A DNA stretch of 64,000 nt. Source: Candidatus Omnitrophota bacterium (GTDB taxonomy: Bacteria > Omnitrophota > Gorgyraeia > Gygaellales > Profunditerraquicolaceae). The stretch covers positions 375,221 through 439,220 of the forward strand of contig QZKH01000003.1 of the NCBI GenBank assembly GCA_003598025.1. Direction: 5' to 3'. Positions within the stretch are counted from its first letter, which is position 1; each line of letters opens with the position of its first letter. The translations under genes were made by a program, and so were the position numbers. Below, one piece after another: positions 41,504 to 50,357 of this stretch. The notes beneath the pieces were generated by a model, which worked only from the letters and a program-made list of their open reading frames with translations, made no database searches and had not been told where the DNA came from.

Positions 41504-42492
41504 TTTGCCGCCCCCAAAAGCTTATTTATTCTTTCAGCAACAGACGAAGCCCTCTCCCCCGGCTTTAGCGTTACCCACTTTATCCTTTTATCCTTCCTAA
41601 ACCAGGTTAACTGCCTTTTGGCATAAAGCCGGCTGTTATGTTTCATACATTCTTTTGCCTCTTCAATGGAAATATCGGAATCGAAATATTTCTTTAATTC
41701 ATTTATCCCTATTGCATATCTGGCAGTTTTGCTTAATTTGTTTCTTAGCAACTTTTGCACCTCGTTTATAAGCCCAAGCCTGAACATTCTATCAACTCTT
41801 TTGTTTATCCGGTTGTAAAGAAATTTTCTGTCCATATTGATACAAAAAATCCTTACGTCATAATCGCTGTAAAGCCCGCTGCGCAGCTTTTGTAATTCTG
41901 ATATAGGCTTTCCTGTAGAAATATACACTTCAATAGCTCTTACAATGCGTCTGGTATCATTAGGGTGGATCTTAGCTGCAGCCGCAGGATCAATAAGCCT
42001 AAGCCTTTCATGCAACGCCGGGCTCCCTGTTTTTAAAGCCTCCGCATAAAGTTTATTTCTGACTTTCATATCTGGCCTGCCCTGCTGAAAGAGCCCGTCT
42101 ATTAATGCCGAAATATAGAGCCCGGTTCCGCCTACAAACAGCGGAACCTTGCCTTTTTTCAATATGCGCTCTATTATTTTTACTGCTTCGCTTCTAAATT
42201 TTGATACGCTATAATCCCTGGCCGCCGGCACCGTGCCGAACAGATGATGCCTGATACTTTTAAGTTGGAACGCCGTAGGTTTTGCTGTCAAAATATCCAT
42301 CCCTTTATAAACCTGCATCGAATCACAAGAGATTATCTCTGCGTTTATCTTTTTAGCCAGCGCAATTGAAATATCGGTTTTTCCGGACGCAGTAGGGCCG
42401 GCAAGAAAAATGATCTTTTCCTTCCCGGTACGGCTTTTTGCGCTTGTATTATAGTCCTTTGATACCGAAATCATGCTTTTACGGACGGCCAT
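41500..42492 (-). CDS. miaA: tRNA dimethylallyltransferase
   Basis: P-loop GPTASGKT and the DSMQVYKGMDI.TAKP motif. Confidence 0.85.
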   Translation of the reverse strand: MAVRKSMISVSKDYNTSAKSRTGKEKIIFLAGPTASGKTDISIALAKKINAEIISCDSMQVYKGMDILTAKPTAFQLKSIRHHLFGTVPAARDYSVSKFRSEAVKIIERILKKGKVPLFVGGTGLYISALIDGLFQQGRPDMKVRNKLYAEALKTGSPALHERLRLIDPAAAAKIHPNDTRRIVRAIEVYISTGKPISELQKLRSGLYSDYDVRIFCINMDRKFLYNRINKRVDRMFRLGLINEVQKLLRNKLSKTARYAIGINELKKYFDSDISIEEAKECMKHNSRLYAKRQLTWFRKDKRIKWVTLKPGERASSVAERINKLLGAAK

Positions 42493-43250
42493 CAGGGGCA
42501 GATTTTGGTAGGATAACCTTCAGCGGACAGTTGCTTTCCCAGGCTTTCCGCATCCTGTTTTTCTGAAAGCTTGCCCACTCTTACACGATAAGAAGAGGAA
42601 GAATCAAGGGTCGCTTCTTCTATGTATGCAGAGTACCCTTTTTTAAGCAATTCCTGCACCAGGTTTTTGGCATTATCCTGGCTGGAAAATGCGCCCACCT
42701 GCACCGAATAATAAGTAACATCTTTTTTATCAATCAGGCAAAAATCCCTGTCATTCTTTTCTTCCAGGCTTAATGGAAATTCCGTTTTTAATTTTTCCGA
42801 ATATTCCTTGCCTTGAGCGGCATTGCCAAGCTTAAACCCGGTTTCGCTTAAACGGTAATAAATACGCGCGCGTAGCTCCTCATTACCCAATAGCTCTTTA
42901 TAAATCAAATCTGCCTTATTGTAATCTCCTCTTAAAAGATAAACATCCCCAAGCCCGAGCTTCGCTTTGTCTTTATACTTTGCAGGTTTTAATTCATTTA
43001 TAATTATTTCAAATATATCCGAGGCTCTTAAATAGTTTCCGTCTTGCAAATAGCTTAAACCAAGCAGATAATAAAGCTCATCAATACCGTAAGAAGAATG
43101 GTCTGAGGAAGATACCAATTTTTCTCCTTCTTTTATCGCTGCCTTATAATCCCCCTGGAGGTATTTGATCTTTATATTATCAAGGTTAAGGCCGTAAACG
43201 CCAGTTGAAACAAAGGCTAAAACCAGGAATAAAATTATAGTTATACGCAT
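42492..43250 (-). CDS. TPR-repeat protein with a C-terminal SPOR (peptidoglycan-binding) domain
   Basis: Signal peptide, TPR-like repeats and a C-terminal YSVQVGAFSSQDNAKNLVQELLKKGYSAYI SPOR signature. Confidence 0.6.
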   Translation of the reverse strand: MRITIILFLVLAFVSTGVYGLNLDNIKIKYLQGDYKAAIKEGEKLVSSSDHSSYGIDELYYLLGLSYLQDGNYLRASDIFEIIINELKPAKYKDKAKLGLGDVYLLRGDYNKADLIYKELLGNEELRARIYYRLSETGFKLGNAAQGKEYSEKLKTEFPLSLEEKNDRDFCLIDKKDVTYYSVQVGAFSSQDNAKNLVQELLKKGYSAYIEEATLDSSSSYRVRVGKLSEKQDAESLGKQLSAEGYPTKICP

Positions 43251-43253
43251 AAC

Positions 43254-44486
43254 TTAACCCTTCGTGCTTTTGGAGATTTTCCTTTGTAAATCCAGGACCT
43301 TCTTATGCCTCATATTCTTTTCCTGCGCATCGATGTTATCGGCAAATTTTAAGGCTTCGGTATGAGGCCGCGGAGAATATTTGAATATGTAGGCTGAGTT
43401 AAATTCAACTTCTTTGACTAAATTGTAGGTATCCATAAAATCTTCTTCGGATTCACTGGGAAAGCCTACGATAACATCAGTAGTTAATACCCCATTTTTA
43501 ACTATTTTACGATAATTAGACACTAAATCCAAATAGAATTTTCTGGTATAACCCCTATTCATCAAATTAAGTATCTTATCAGAACCTGACTGCACCGGCA
43601 AGTGCAGTGATTTCTTGAGCTTGTCAAAGCCTGCCACTGCCTTAAAAAGTTCATTTGTTGTATCCCTAGGATGCGAAGTAAGGAAACTAAATTCCTTTAG
43701 CCCTTTAACCCTATTAACCATTTCCAATAATTTAACAAAATCTATGAACTCTGAACCATGAACTATGAACTTATAGGCGTTTACGTTCTGCCCCAATAGT
43801 GTAATACTCGTTATTCCTTTATCAATTGCCTGCTCAATTTCCTTGATTATATCCTCTGGCTTTCGCGAACGCAAATTTCCCCTGACATAAGGGACAACAC
43901 AATAAGAACAATAATTTTCGCAGCCTTCTGAAATTACCACAAAAGCATGATTCTTATCCGCATAAAATCCGGTATGATAAATCTCATCGGGCCTCACCAG
44001 ACTATCCGTTTCCCAAATTTTCTTCTCAAACATGCTTTTACCATTAACCATGAACTGTGAACCATGAACAAGTATCTCTATTATCCCCGGTATCTTATGT
44101 ATATCCGTTGGGCCAACAACAAAATCCACATTAGGCGCTATCTCAAAAACCTTATCTTTATAATTCTGCGCCATACACCCCACAAGGCCAATTATTGGTG
44201 ACTTTGTGACTTTGTGACTTTGTGACTCATTTTTGTAGGCACCTATCTGGCTCCAGACCCTATCCTCCGCATGCTGCCTAACCGCGCAGGTATTCAGGAT
44301 TATTACATCAGCAGCCTTAGGATCAGTTGATAGTTCATAGTTCATAGATCGTAACAAACCAGCGATAACCTCCGAATCCCGCGCATTCATTTGACATCCG
44401 AAGGTGCGCAAAAGCACTCGTAACTTCTTCTCGCTTTTGCCCCCGGAATTGCCTGATTTGTCGTCTTTTCGCTCATTTTCAACCAT
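43254..44486 (-). CDS. miaB: tRNA-2-methylthio-N6-dimethylallyladenosine synthase (MTTase). The N-terminus is atypical and overlaps the recombinase gene.
   Basis: RTFGCQMN MTTase motif, radical-SAM CENYCSYC and a TRAM-like C-terminus. It contains in-frame 7- and 8-nt tandem repeats. Confidence 0.75.
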   Translation of the reverse strand: MVENERKDDKSGNSGGKSEKKLRVLLRTFGCQMNARDSEVIAGLLRSMNYELSTDPKAADVIILNTCAVRQHAEDRVWSQIGAYKNESQSHKVTKSPIIGLVGCMAQNYKDKVFEIAPNVDFVVGPTDIHKIPGIIEILVHGSQFMVNGKSMFEKKIWETDSLVRPDEIYHTGFYADKNHAFVVISEGCENYCSYCVVPYVRGNLRSRKPEDIIKEIEQAIDKGITSITLLGQNVNAYKFIVHGSEFIDFVKLLEMVNRVKGLKEFSFLTSHPRDTTNELFKAVAGFDKLKKSLHLPVQSGSDKILNLMNRGYTRKFYLDLVSNYRKIVKNGVLTTDVIVGFPSESEEDFMDTYNLVKEVEFNSAYIFKYSPRPHTEALKFADNIDAQEKNMRHKKVLDLQRKISKSTKG

Positions 44487-46066
44487 TTTGTCCCCTCTTC
44501 ATAGCAAGTCTTCCACGGCTCATTCAGCTCGAACTTCACGATCTCCTGATTCTGGATGTGAATCGACTTGAAGATGATCCGCATAAAGGTTTTGACCAGA
44601 TAATCCAACTGGTGGTCATCCGGCGTGTTCCGCAACCTCAAAAGGAAATCCTGCGTCGCCTTAACAAGGTTTGCGGAATTGCGCTTATCCAGAATCTTGA
44701 GCTGAATCGCCTTGATATCCTGCTTTAGTTTTTTCTCTTCATTACTTAAAAGCTCTGCTCTTTCCTTGTAGAGCGCAAGATTAATCTTATCCTCCGAGAA
44801 AAGCTCGTAAATCCCCCGTTGCTTCTCAATATTTTTCTTAAGATGCGCTTCCTTCTCCTCCAATTGTTCAATGTATAATTGCTCCGGCTCAGAAGCGCTT
44901 AATTTGATCATGTCACCCAACTCCTCGATGACATGGATATTCTTTCGGATGACTTCAATAATATCCCATATCGGCCTATTGAGCGCGTCAGCCGTAACCG
45001 ATTTATTATTGCACTTAATATGCGGAATGCCCTTCGATGAGCAACGATACCACGGCCTGCGCATCTTGGTGCGATGATTAACGGTAGACATAATTCCGCG
45101 ATAATTACCGCCGCATTCATTGCACTTTATGATTCCAGAAAGATGATAAACATTATTTCTAAACCTAACCACGCCATTGGTGCGGTTCCGTTTAAGAAGC
45201 TCTCTTGCCTCGTCAAAATCTTTTTGCGTGATGATCGCCTCGTGGGTATTGAATACTTCAATAATCTTCGAGGGATCGTTATTCACATACTTATACCCTT
45301 TACCTTCGCCGTTCTTAGTTTTCTCTTTTGTGTTGTAGCGGCGACGGTTCCACACCAGCATGCCCAGATAAACTTTGCTCTGCAGAATATTGGAGATGAA
45401 TTTGTTATAAAACCGGCCTCCCTGCCGCGATGGAATCCCGAGAGCGTAATAATGCCCGGCAATCTGCGAAGTGCTTTTGCCGCTGATATACATCGCATAA
45501 ATCTCTTTAACGATCTTTGCTTCCTCCGGATGGACTTCCAGTTTCTTGGCGTCTTTATTATATCTGTAGCCATACGGCGCATACCTCGCGCCCTGCCAGT
45601 GGCCACGCTTAACCCCTACGACCATGCCGGGAAATACGCGCTCAACCAGACGATTGCGTTCAAACTCTGCGCAACTACCAAGCATCTGAATCGCCATCTT
45701 TCCCGCGCTGGACGTAGTATCAAACGGTTCGGTGGCTGATTTATATCCGATACCAAGTGAATCAAACTCCTCAAGCAATCCCAGCAGATCCTTGAGCCGC
45801 CTGCTTAAACGATCTTGTTTGTAGACCAAAACAAGATCAAATTGTTTATTACGCGCGTCAAACAAAAGCCGCTGAAGCGCCGGTCTGTCCATATTCCCGC
45901 CGGAATAGCCATCATCCACATAAACATCCCTGCCTGACATGGTACAAATAACATCCCAGGTGAAATTTTTCGCGTATTGCAAAAGATATGCCCTCTGAAC
46001 CTCCAGCGAAAAGCCTTCCCGCGCCTGATCCTCTGTGCTGACTCTTGTATATAACGCTACTCTCAT
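44387..46066 (-). CDS. Large serine recombinase (integrase)
   Basis: N-terminal resolvase catalytic domain MRVALYTRVSTEDQ with the catalytic Ser, a recombinase domain, a Zn ribbon (CNECGG) and a coiled coil. 559 aa. Confidence 0.85.
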   Translation of the reverse strand: MRVALYTRVSTEDQAREGFSLEVQRAYLLQYAKNFTWDVICTMSGRDVYVDDGYSGGNMDRPALQRLLFDARNKQFDLVLVYKQDRLSRRLKDLLGLLEEFDSLGIGYKSATEPFDTTSSAGKMAIQMLGSCAEFERNRLVERVFPGMVVGVKRGHWQGARYAPYGYRYNKDAKKLEVHPEEAKIVKEIYAMYISGKSTSQIAGHYYALGIPSRQGGRFYNKFISNILQSKVYLGMLVWNRRRYNTKEKTKNGEGKGYKYVNNDPSKIIEVFNTHEAIITQKDFDEARELLKRNRTNGVVRFRNNVYHLSGIIKCNECGGNYRGIMSTVNHRTKMRRPWYRCSSKGIPHIKCNNKSVTADALNRPIWDIIEVIRKNIHVIEELGDMIKLSASEPEQLYIEQLEEKEAHLKKNIEKQRGIYELFSEDKINLALYKERAELLSNEEKKLKQDIKAIQLKILDKRNSANLVKATQDFLLRLRNTPDDHQLDYLVKTFMRIIFKSIHIQNQEIVKFELNEPWKTCYEEGTKWLKMSEKTTNQAIPGAKARRSYECFCAPSDVK

Positions 46067-46067
46067 T

Positions 46068-46838
46068 TTATACCCTTTGCGCCTTACGTAATTCTATGAA
46101 CTCCTCATCGCTAATTTCCTTATTTTCATAAACAGTTTCATCCCGTAATAAATTTTGTCCTTTGACCGTTTCAACACGATGTCCGTAGCCAGTTAAAATA
46201 CAATGTGGGATTATCATTTCCTTAACAAACGGATTTTCCTCAGCAGTCTTCTTTATATATATTTCACCAGGTGACCAGAAATAGATATCTTCTCTTGCGC
46301 CTACCGCAAAAAAATATGTCGTAATATCATAAATTATTTTTAAAGCGCTTAAAGTTTTGGCCTCAATGTCTTCCAGCTTATTAAAATGAATAACTTCGTG
46401 CCGAATATCTTTAAGCTCCATATACTTCACTTTTATCTCATCTGAGATAATTACCTTCCAATCACATAATATGTCTACCGATTTCGACCAATCATCGAAT
46501 GAATCTTTTCTATATATATGCTTGTAGTGTTCACTAGATTTATAATGATCTCGAAGTCGCAGTAAAAGAATATTAAAAATCCTTTCGCCCAAACAACATG
46601 CGGAGGTTAATGCGGGATAATATAAACCATAAATGAAGCAATCCTCTATTTCTTGCAGTAAATCATGATATTCAGTAATTACCCGTAACGAAGGTGGCTT
46701 AAAAGACATATATCTCTCAAATTTTTCATCAAGATTCAAATCGCCGTAACGACTAGCAACATGCTGTTTTATTTCCTGCGGCACAGGAATATTTCTAATG
46801 CAATCAATAAAGAAATTTGTTGCCCTATATCGCTTCAT
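46068..46838 (-). CDS. Uncharacterised 256-aa cargo protein of the element
   Basis: No motif recognised. It lies between the Xis-like gene and the integrase, with a 1-bp gap to the integrase gene. Confidence 0.4.
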   Translation of the reverse strand: MKRYRATNFFIDCIRNIPVPQEIKQHVASRYGDLNLDEKFERYMSFKPPSLRVITEYHDLLQEIEDCFIYGLYYPALTSACCLGERIFNILLLRLRDHYKSSEHYKHIYRKDSFDDWSKSVDILCDWKVIISDEIKVKYMELKDIRHEVIHFNKLEDIEAKTLSALKIIYDITTYFFAVGAREDIYFWSPGEIYIKKTAEENPFVKEMIIPHCILTGYGHRVETVKGQNLLRDETVYENKEISDEEFIELRKAQRV

Positions 46839-46845
46839 CCCTAAA

Positions 46846-47040
46846 TCACCCTTCTTTTAACGTCTCCCGCCACTCTTTAATCTTGGCGATACACTCATCC
46901 GTAAACACCGGCCAGTCTTTATAATCGCGTTTGGGTTTGACCCAGCCTTTGCGGATCCAATTGATCATGGTCTGGCGGTGCACACCCAACATCTTTGCAG
47001 TCTCTGTCATGGTGTAAGTTTTCATATTTGGCATCCTCAA
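46846..47040 (-). CDS. Excisionase/AlpA-like small HTH DNA-binding protein
   Basis: TMTETAKMLGVHRQTMINWIRKGWVKP is a helix-turn-helix of the Xis/MerR-like type. 64 aa. Confidence 0.55.
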   Translation of the reverse strand: MRMPNMKTYTMTETAKMLGVHRQTMINWIRKGWVKPKRDYKDWPVFTDECIAKIKEWRETLKEG

Positions 47041-47073
47041 CTATTGGTGCCCAGTATACCGTAATATACAACC

Positions 47074-47295
47074 TTATACAAGTGGTTTTTTCTCCGCGGA
47101 ATAAATCGTCATAAACATTTTTGCAAGCGTTTCAATCCCCTCAAAGAATGACTTTCGGGCTTCTTGGATTTCGGCACAAGACAAACCGCGGCTTTTAAGC
47201 TTTATCTCTAAAGCCTCCCAGCCCCGCAGGGTAACCGCCTGATCCTTATTTGTGCTTACATCCTTGTCCATTTTTCCCACTGCCCAATAGGACAT
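47074..47295 (-). CDS. Hypothetical small protein (73 aa)
   Basis: ORF only. Its start codon is embedded in the inverted repeat 47290-47326. Confidence 0.3.
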   Translation of the reverse strand: MSYWAVGKMDKDVSTNKDQAVTLRGWEALEIKLKSRGLSCAEIQEARKSFFEGIETLAKMFMTIYSAEKKPLV

Positions 47296-47371
47296 TCGGA
47301 CATCGCAAATGTCCGGTTGTGTCCGGTTTTACTGACATACTGACATCCAAAATGTCAGAGGATGTCAGTCA
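47290..47371. promoter_or_regulatory. Two operator-like composite inverted repeats in the element's regulatory region
   Basis: First: GGACAT-tc-GGACAT-cgcaa-ATGTCC-ggttgt-GTCCGG. Second: CTGACAT-a-CTGACAT-ccaaa-ATGTCAG-agg-ATGTCAG. Both have tandem direct half-sites mirrored. Confidence 0.45.
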
Positions 47372-47715
47372 AAACGCCATCCAAAACCCATGAAATCCCC
47401 CAAATTTGACCTTTTTCCCTCAAAAAACGCCTATTTCAGCAACTTTTGACCCGATTTTAACGTTCTCCCGATAACCCCATATGACATGACATCGCTTTTT
47501 TAAAATTTTGTATCACTGACAAACTGCGCCTCGCCCGACCCGCGGCCGACACCTCCTTGGAAGGACCCGTGAACCGGCCTTAAGCTACCAGTGACAACAA
47601 TGACATTTTTTCTCATGGTTATCTTTTTACTTCCCGCACTCAATCCTCCTGCTCCTTACTCCCAACCTACGAACACAATTAATGAAAATTTCTGTCATAA
47701 TCGTCATAGCTGTCA

Positions 47716-49845
47716 TTAGAATGGCCGCTCCGAATAATCAACCTCACCCTCCTTGCGGATGCGTATGCCGTCCCATCGACGCGATGCGCCACACCGCCCT
47801 CTATTGATAACGGTATATTGACGCAAGATCTCTCGGCCAAACATGATCTTGCTAAGCGGACGGTATTCGCTCTCAAGGCACCAGTCCCGGTAAGCCACAT
47901 ACAGGGCGTCATAGCTTACGTCTGCCTGAGCATCCAAAATGCACTGCTCCTCAACGAAAATAATGACGTTATTGTTCTCCTTGCGATAGGCGTCCTTCAC
48001 GGTCTGCATCGATGCGCTCTCCTCGAAATACCCGCGTTTTCGTAAACGCGTAAGGCCGTTAAGAGACCACAAGAAAATACCGTCCAATTCACTGGCCACG
48101 ATCTTGTGCTTTAACTTGGGATCACGTTCCTCTATGGAAAACTGCCGGTTAAAAGGAAGAATCAAAAGACGCCGGTAATACCCTTCGGTCTTATCCCCCA
48201 CGCGCGGCATGTTATTAGTTGAGAAAAGAAGCTTGCAGTAAGGTTTGAACTGAAACGGCTGGCCGTATTTTTCGTCAGCGGAGATCGTATCGCCGGTCAC
48301 GATCGCCTTGAACATGTTGTCATAGACATTTGTCTTGGCATTGGTTTCAAGGCTGATATTGACCAGTTTGTCCCGAAGCCGGGCGATGTAATGGGAATCG
48401 TTAAACTTCTCAAGCGGAATGGATGAGCAATTATCCTTGCCGATAAGCTCCTCGAGTACATACAAAACAACGCTCTTGCCGTTGGCCCCCTCGCCAAACA
48501 AAAAGAGCGCCTTTTCATAATCATTGTCTCGGGTGAGGCAATAGCCGAAATACTCCTGCAAAAGCATAATCCGGGCCGCGTCGCTTTCGAATATCTGATC
48601 AAGACTCTTCTGCCACAACAAACACTCGGCGTTCTCGCGATATGTCACATTAAGCTGGTTGATGGAATAGACGTCCGCCGAATGCGGCAAGAGCTTCATC
48701 TTGTCGATGTCATAAAGCCCGTTTTTGACATTAAAGAGCGTGATGCCATTAATGATGTCCGGCTTGATGAAAGTCTCGGTCTTAAGAGCAACCAGAACAT
48801 TGCGAAGCTTGCTCGCCGAAAACCCGGCCCCGCACGCATCCTTGATCCACTTCTGAACCTCCTCGATAAAGAGCGGCCGGTAACATCCGCCTTTATATTC
48901 GTAATAGGTGTCAGCGAAGTTGATTAGCCGATGATGTTTGAGGATTTCGTCAGCGACCTCATTGGCATTAACCTTTCTGGCTATCAGCAGGCTTGGTCGC
49001 GATGGCGTATAAACCTCACGACAATCATTCACCGCCTTTTCGATAACCGACTGACCATAAGTCCGGCCATCTCCGAAATGCTTTTCATCCCACTTGGGCC
49101 GCATAAGGCCGGACTGCCGGAATAACGCATCCATCTGCCCGGAGTCTTTGCCTGTCCAAAACGCCAGCTTATTGCAGAGTGCCAGATCCGCTTCACTTTG
49201 AGAGGGATAATCATTCTGCCATTGGCCGGAATAAAGCCGCTGAAATCTCTCCGCGTCTTTGCTCTTGGCGATTAAGGAAAGGATCTCGTTCGCGGGAGCT
49301 TTATCTACAAACCGACCGAATATGTCTTTAAGCGCATCGGTACATTCTTTCAGTTCAGCCGGATAGTTTTCAAGGCGGTTGCCGGTAACGGTAAAGAATC
49401 GGCCCTTTGTATAAATCTCCAAGCCGATCTTTGAAATCTTGCAGGCCCGGGCAATCTTGCCCTTACAAAGAATATGAATACCGGTGCCGCTTGGCGAATA
49501 CTCGGAATAGGAATTTAGCGCCTTGAGAATCTCAACCGCATAAGGCACGATGGCTCCATCTTTGACGCAATGATCGATATCCACGCCCACATATGGTGGC
49601 TGGAATACAAAGCCTACTCCCGCATACCCGCGCTGAAGCGCAAGATCGCTTGCGGTCGTATAATCCGTCCATGTGCTTGGATCGTTTGTTTTGGCAGGAC
49701 GTCCGCTCAGGACGTTCATCGGGACCTTGTCGGTGCGGTCTTTATTGCGCCTAAGCTCGTACCCAACCCAACAAGACAATTTGAGCAGTTCCTGAGGAAT
49801 AACCTCTTCCATCGTTCTCTTCTCTTTTCTTCTCTCGTCTTCCAT
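47716..49845 (-). CDS. Primase-helicase with an N-terminal prim-pol/bifunctional primase domain and a C-terminal P4-family/D5-like SF3 helicase
   Basis: The N-terminus YAGVGFVF..DIDH..SPSGTGIHIL is a primase-polymerase fold. The C-terminal Walker A GEGANGKS places it in the P4 alpha/D5 family. 709 aa. Confidence 0.8.
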   Translation of the reverse strand: MEDERRKEKRTMEEVIPQELLKLSCWVGYELRRNKDRTDKVPMNVLSGRPAKTNDPSTWTDYTTASDLALQRGYAGVGFVFQPPYVGVDIDHCVKDGAIVPYAVEILKALNSYSEYSPSGTGIHILCKGKIARACKISKIGLEIYTKGRFFTVTGNRLENYPAELKECTDALKDIFGRFVDKAPANEILSLIAKSKDAERFQRLYSGQWQNDYPSQSEADLALCNKLAFWTGKDSGQMDALFRQSGLMRPKWDEKHFGDGRTYGQSVIEKAVNDCREVYTPSRPSLLIARKVNANEVADEILKHHRLINFADTYYEYKGGCYRPLFIEEVQKWIKDACGAGFSASKLRNVLVALKTETFIKPDIINGITLFNVKNGLYDIDKMKLLPHSADVYSINQLNVTYRENAECLLWQKSLDQIFESDAARIMLLQEYFGYCLTRDNDYEKALFLFGEGANGKSVVLYVLEELIGKDNCSSIPLEKFNDSHYIARLRDKLVNISLETNAKTNVYDNMFKAIVTGDTISADEKYGQPFQFKPYCKLLFSTNNMPRVGDKTEGYYRRLLILPFNRQFSIEERDPKLKHKIVASELDGIFLWSLNGLTRLRKRGYFEESASMQTVKDAYRKENNNVIIFVEEQCILDAQADVSYDALYVAYRDWCLESEYRPLSKIMFGREILRQYTVINRGRCGASRRWDGIRIRKEGEVDYSERPF

Positions 49846-49847
49846 CG

Positions 49848-50078
49848 TTACACTCCGTTTTGAAATAGATAATCTTTAACCCTTCGGTAACAATCAAACA
49901 GCTTGCGCGCCTCTGAATCGGCATAAAAGTCCTCGCAGGCCTTATGAACAGCCGGGATGTCGTCAAACAAGACCCGCTTAAGCCTCCCCGAACCTTCAAT
50001 ACCCCGCATGGCAAACCCGCAATAAAGTAAATACGTAGCCAAATAGAGATTCCCTGCCTCAAAATGCTTGTTTTTCAT
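49848..50078 (-). CDS. Hypothetical small protein (76 aa) upstream of the primase gene
   Basis: ORF in operon position, 2-bp gap to the primase start. The ORF track also lists an alternative overlapping 103-aa ORF. Confidence 0.3.
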   Translation of the reverse strand: MKNKHFEAGNLYLATYLLYCGFAMRGIEGSGRLKRVLFDDIPAVHKACEDFYADSEARKLFDCYRRVKDYLFQNGV

Positions 50079-50093
50079 AGTTTCAATGCCTCC

Positions 50094-50357
50094 TACTAGC
50101 TACATACGCAAGGATTTGGAAAACTGACGGAAATATTTTCATTTTTTTCGACCCTCTACTAGCTACATACGACGTTTTTTGTAAAACTGACGGAAATATT
50201 TTCACTTTCTTCACCACTTTCACTCCCCTAAGCGTATATTCCCCTTTTTCCCGAAAAGTGTCGGAACTTTCTGCCCCCTCATAGGTGATTACGCAAAATT
50301 TCCAAAAGTGTCGGGGCTCTCACCTATGTACACGCAATATTTTTCAAAGTGTCGAAC
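50094..50357. repeat. Iteron-like direct repeats (putative origin of the element)
   Basis: Two 48-bp direct repeats (50094-50141 and 50157-50204, sharing CTACTAGCTACATACG...AAAACTGACGGAAATATTTTCA). Three copies of AAAGTGTCG(G/A) at about 50253, 50303 and 50344. ATAGGTGA/TCACCTAT flanks the middle copy. Confidence 0.5.

Noticed and set aside
47679-47912. 77-aa minus-strand ORF at the 3' end of the primase gene
   Set aside because: It is nested inside the primase coding region in another frame. Its composition is Arg/Ala-rich, as expected from GC-rich antisense or shifted frames.
49751-50062. 103-aa minus-strand ORF overlapping both the primase start and the 76-aa ORF
   Set aside because: It overlaps the primase gene by about 95 nt. 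The alternative 76-aa frame (49848..50078) fits the operon spacing, 2 bp before the primase ATG. One of the two is spurious. Neither has recognisable homology.
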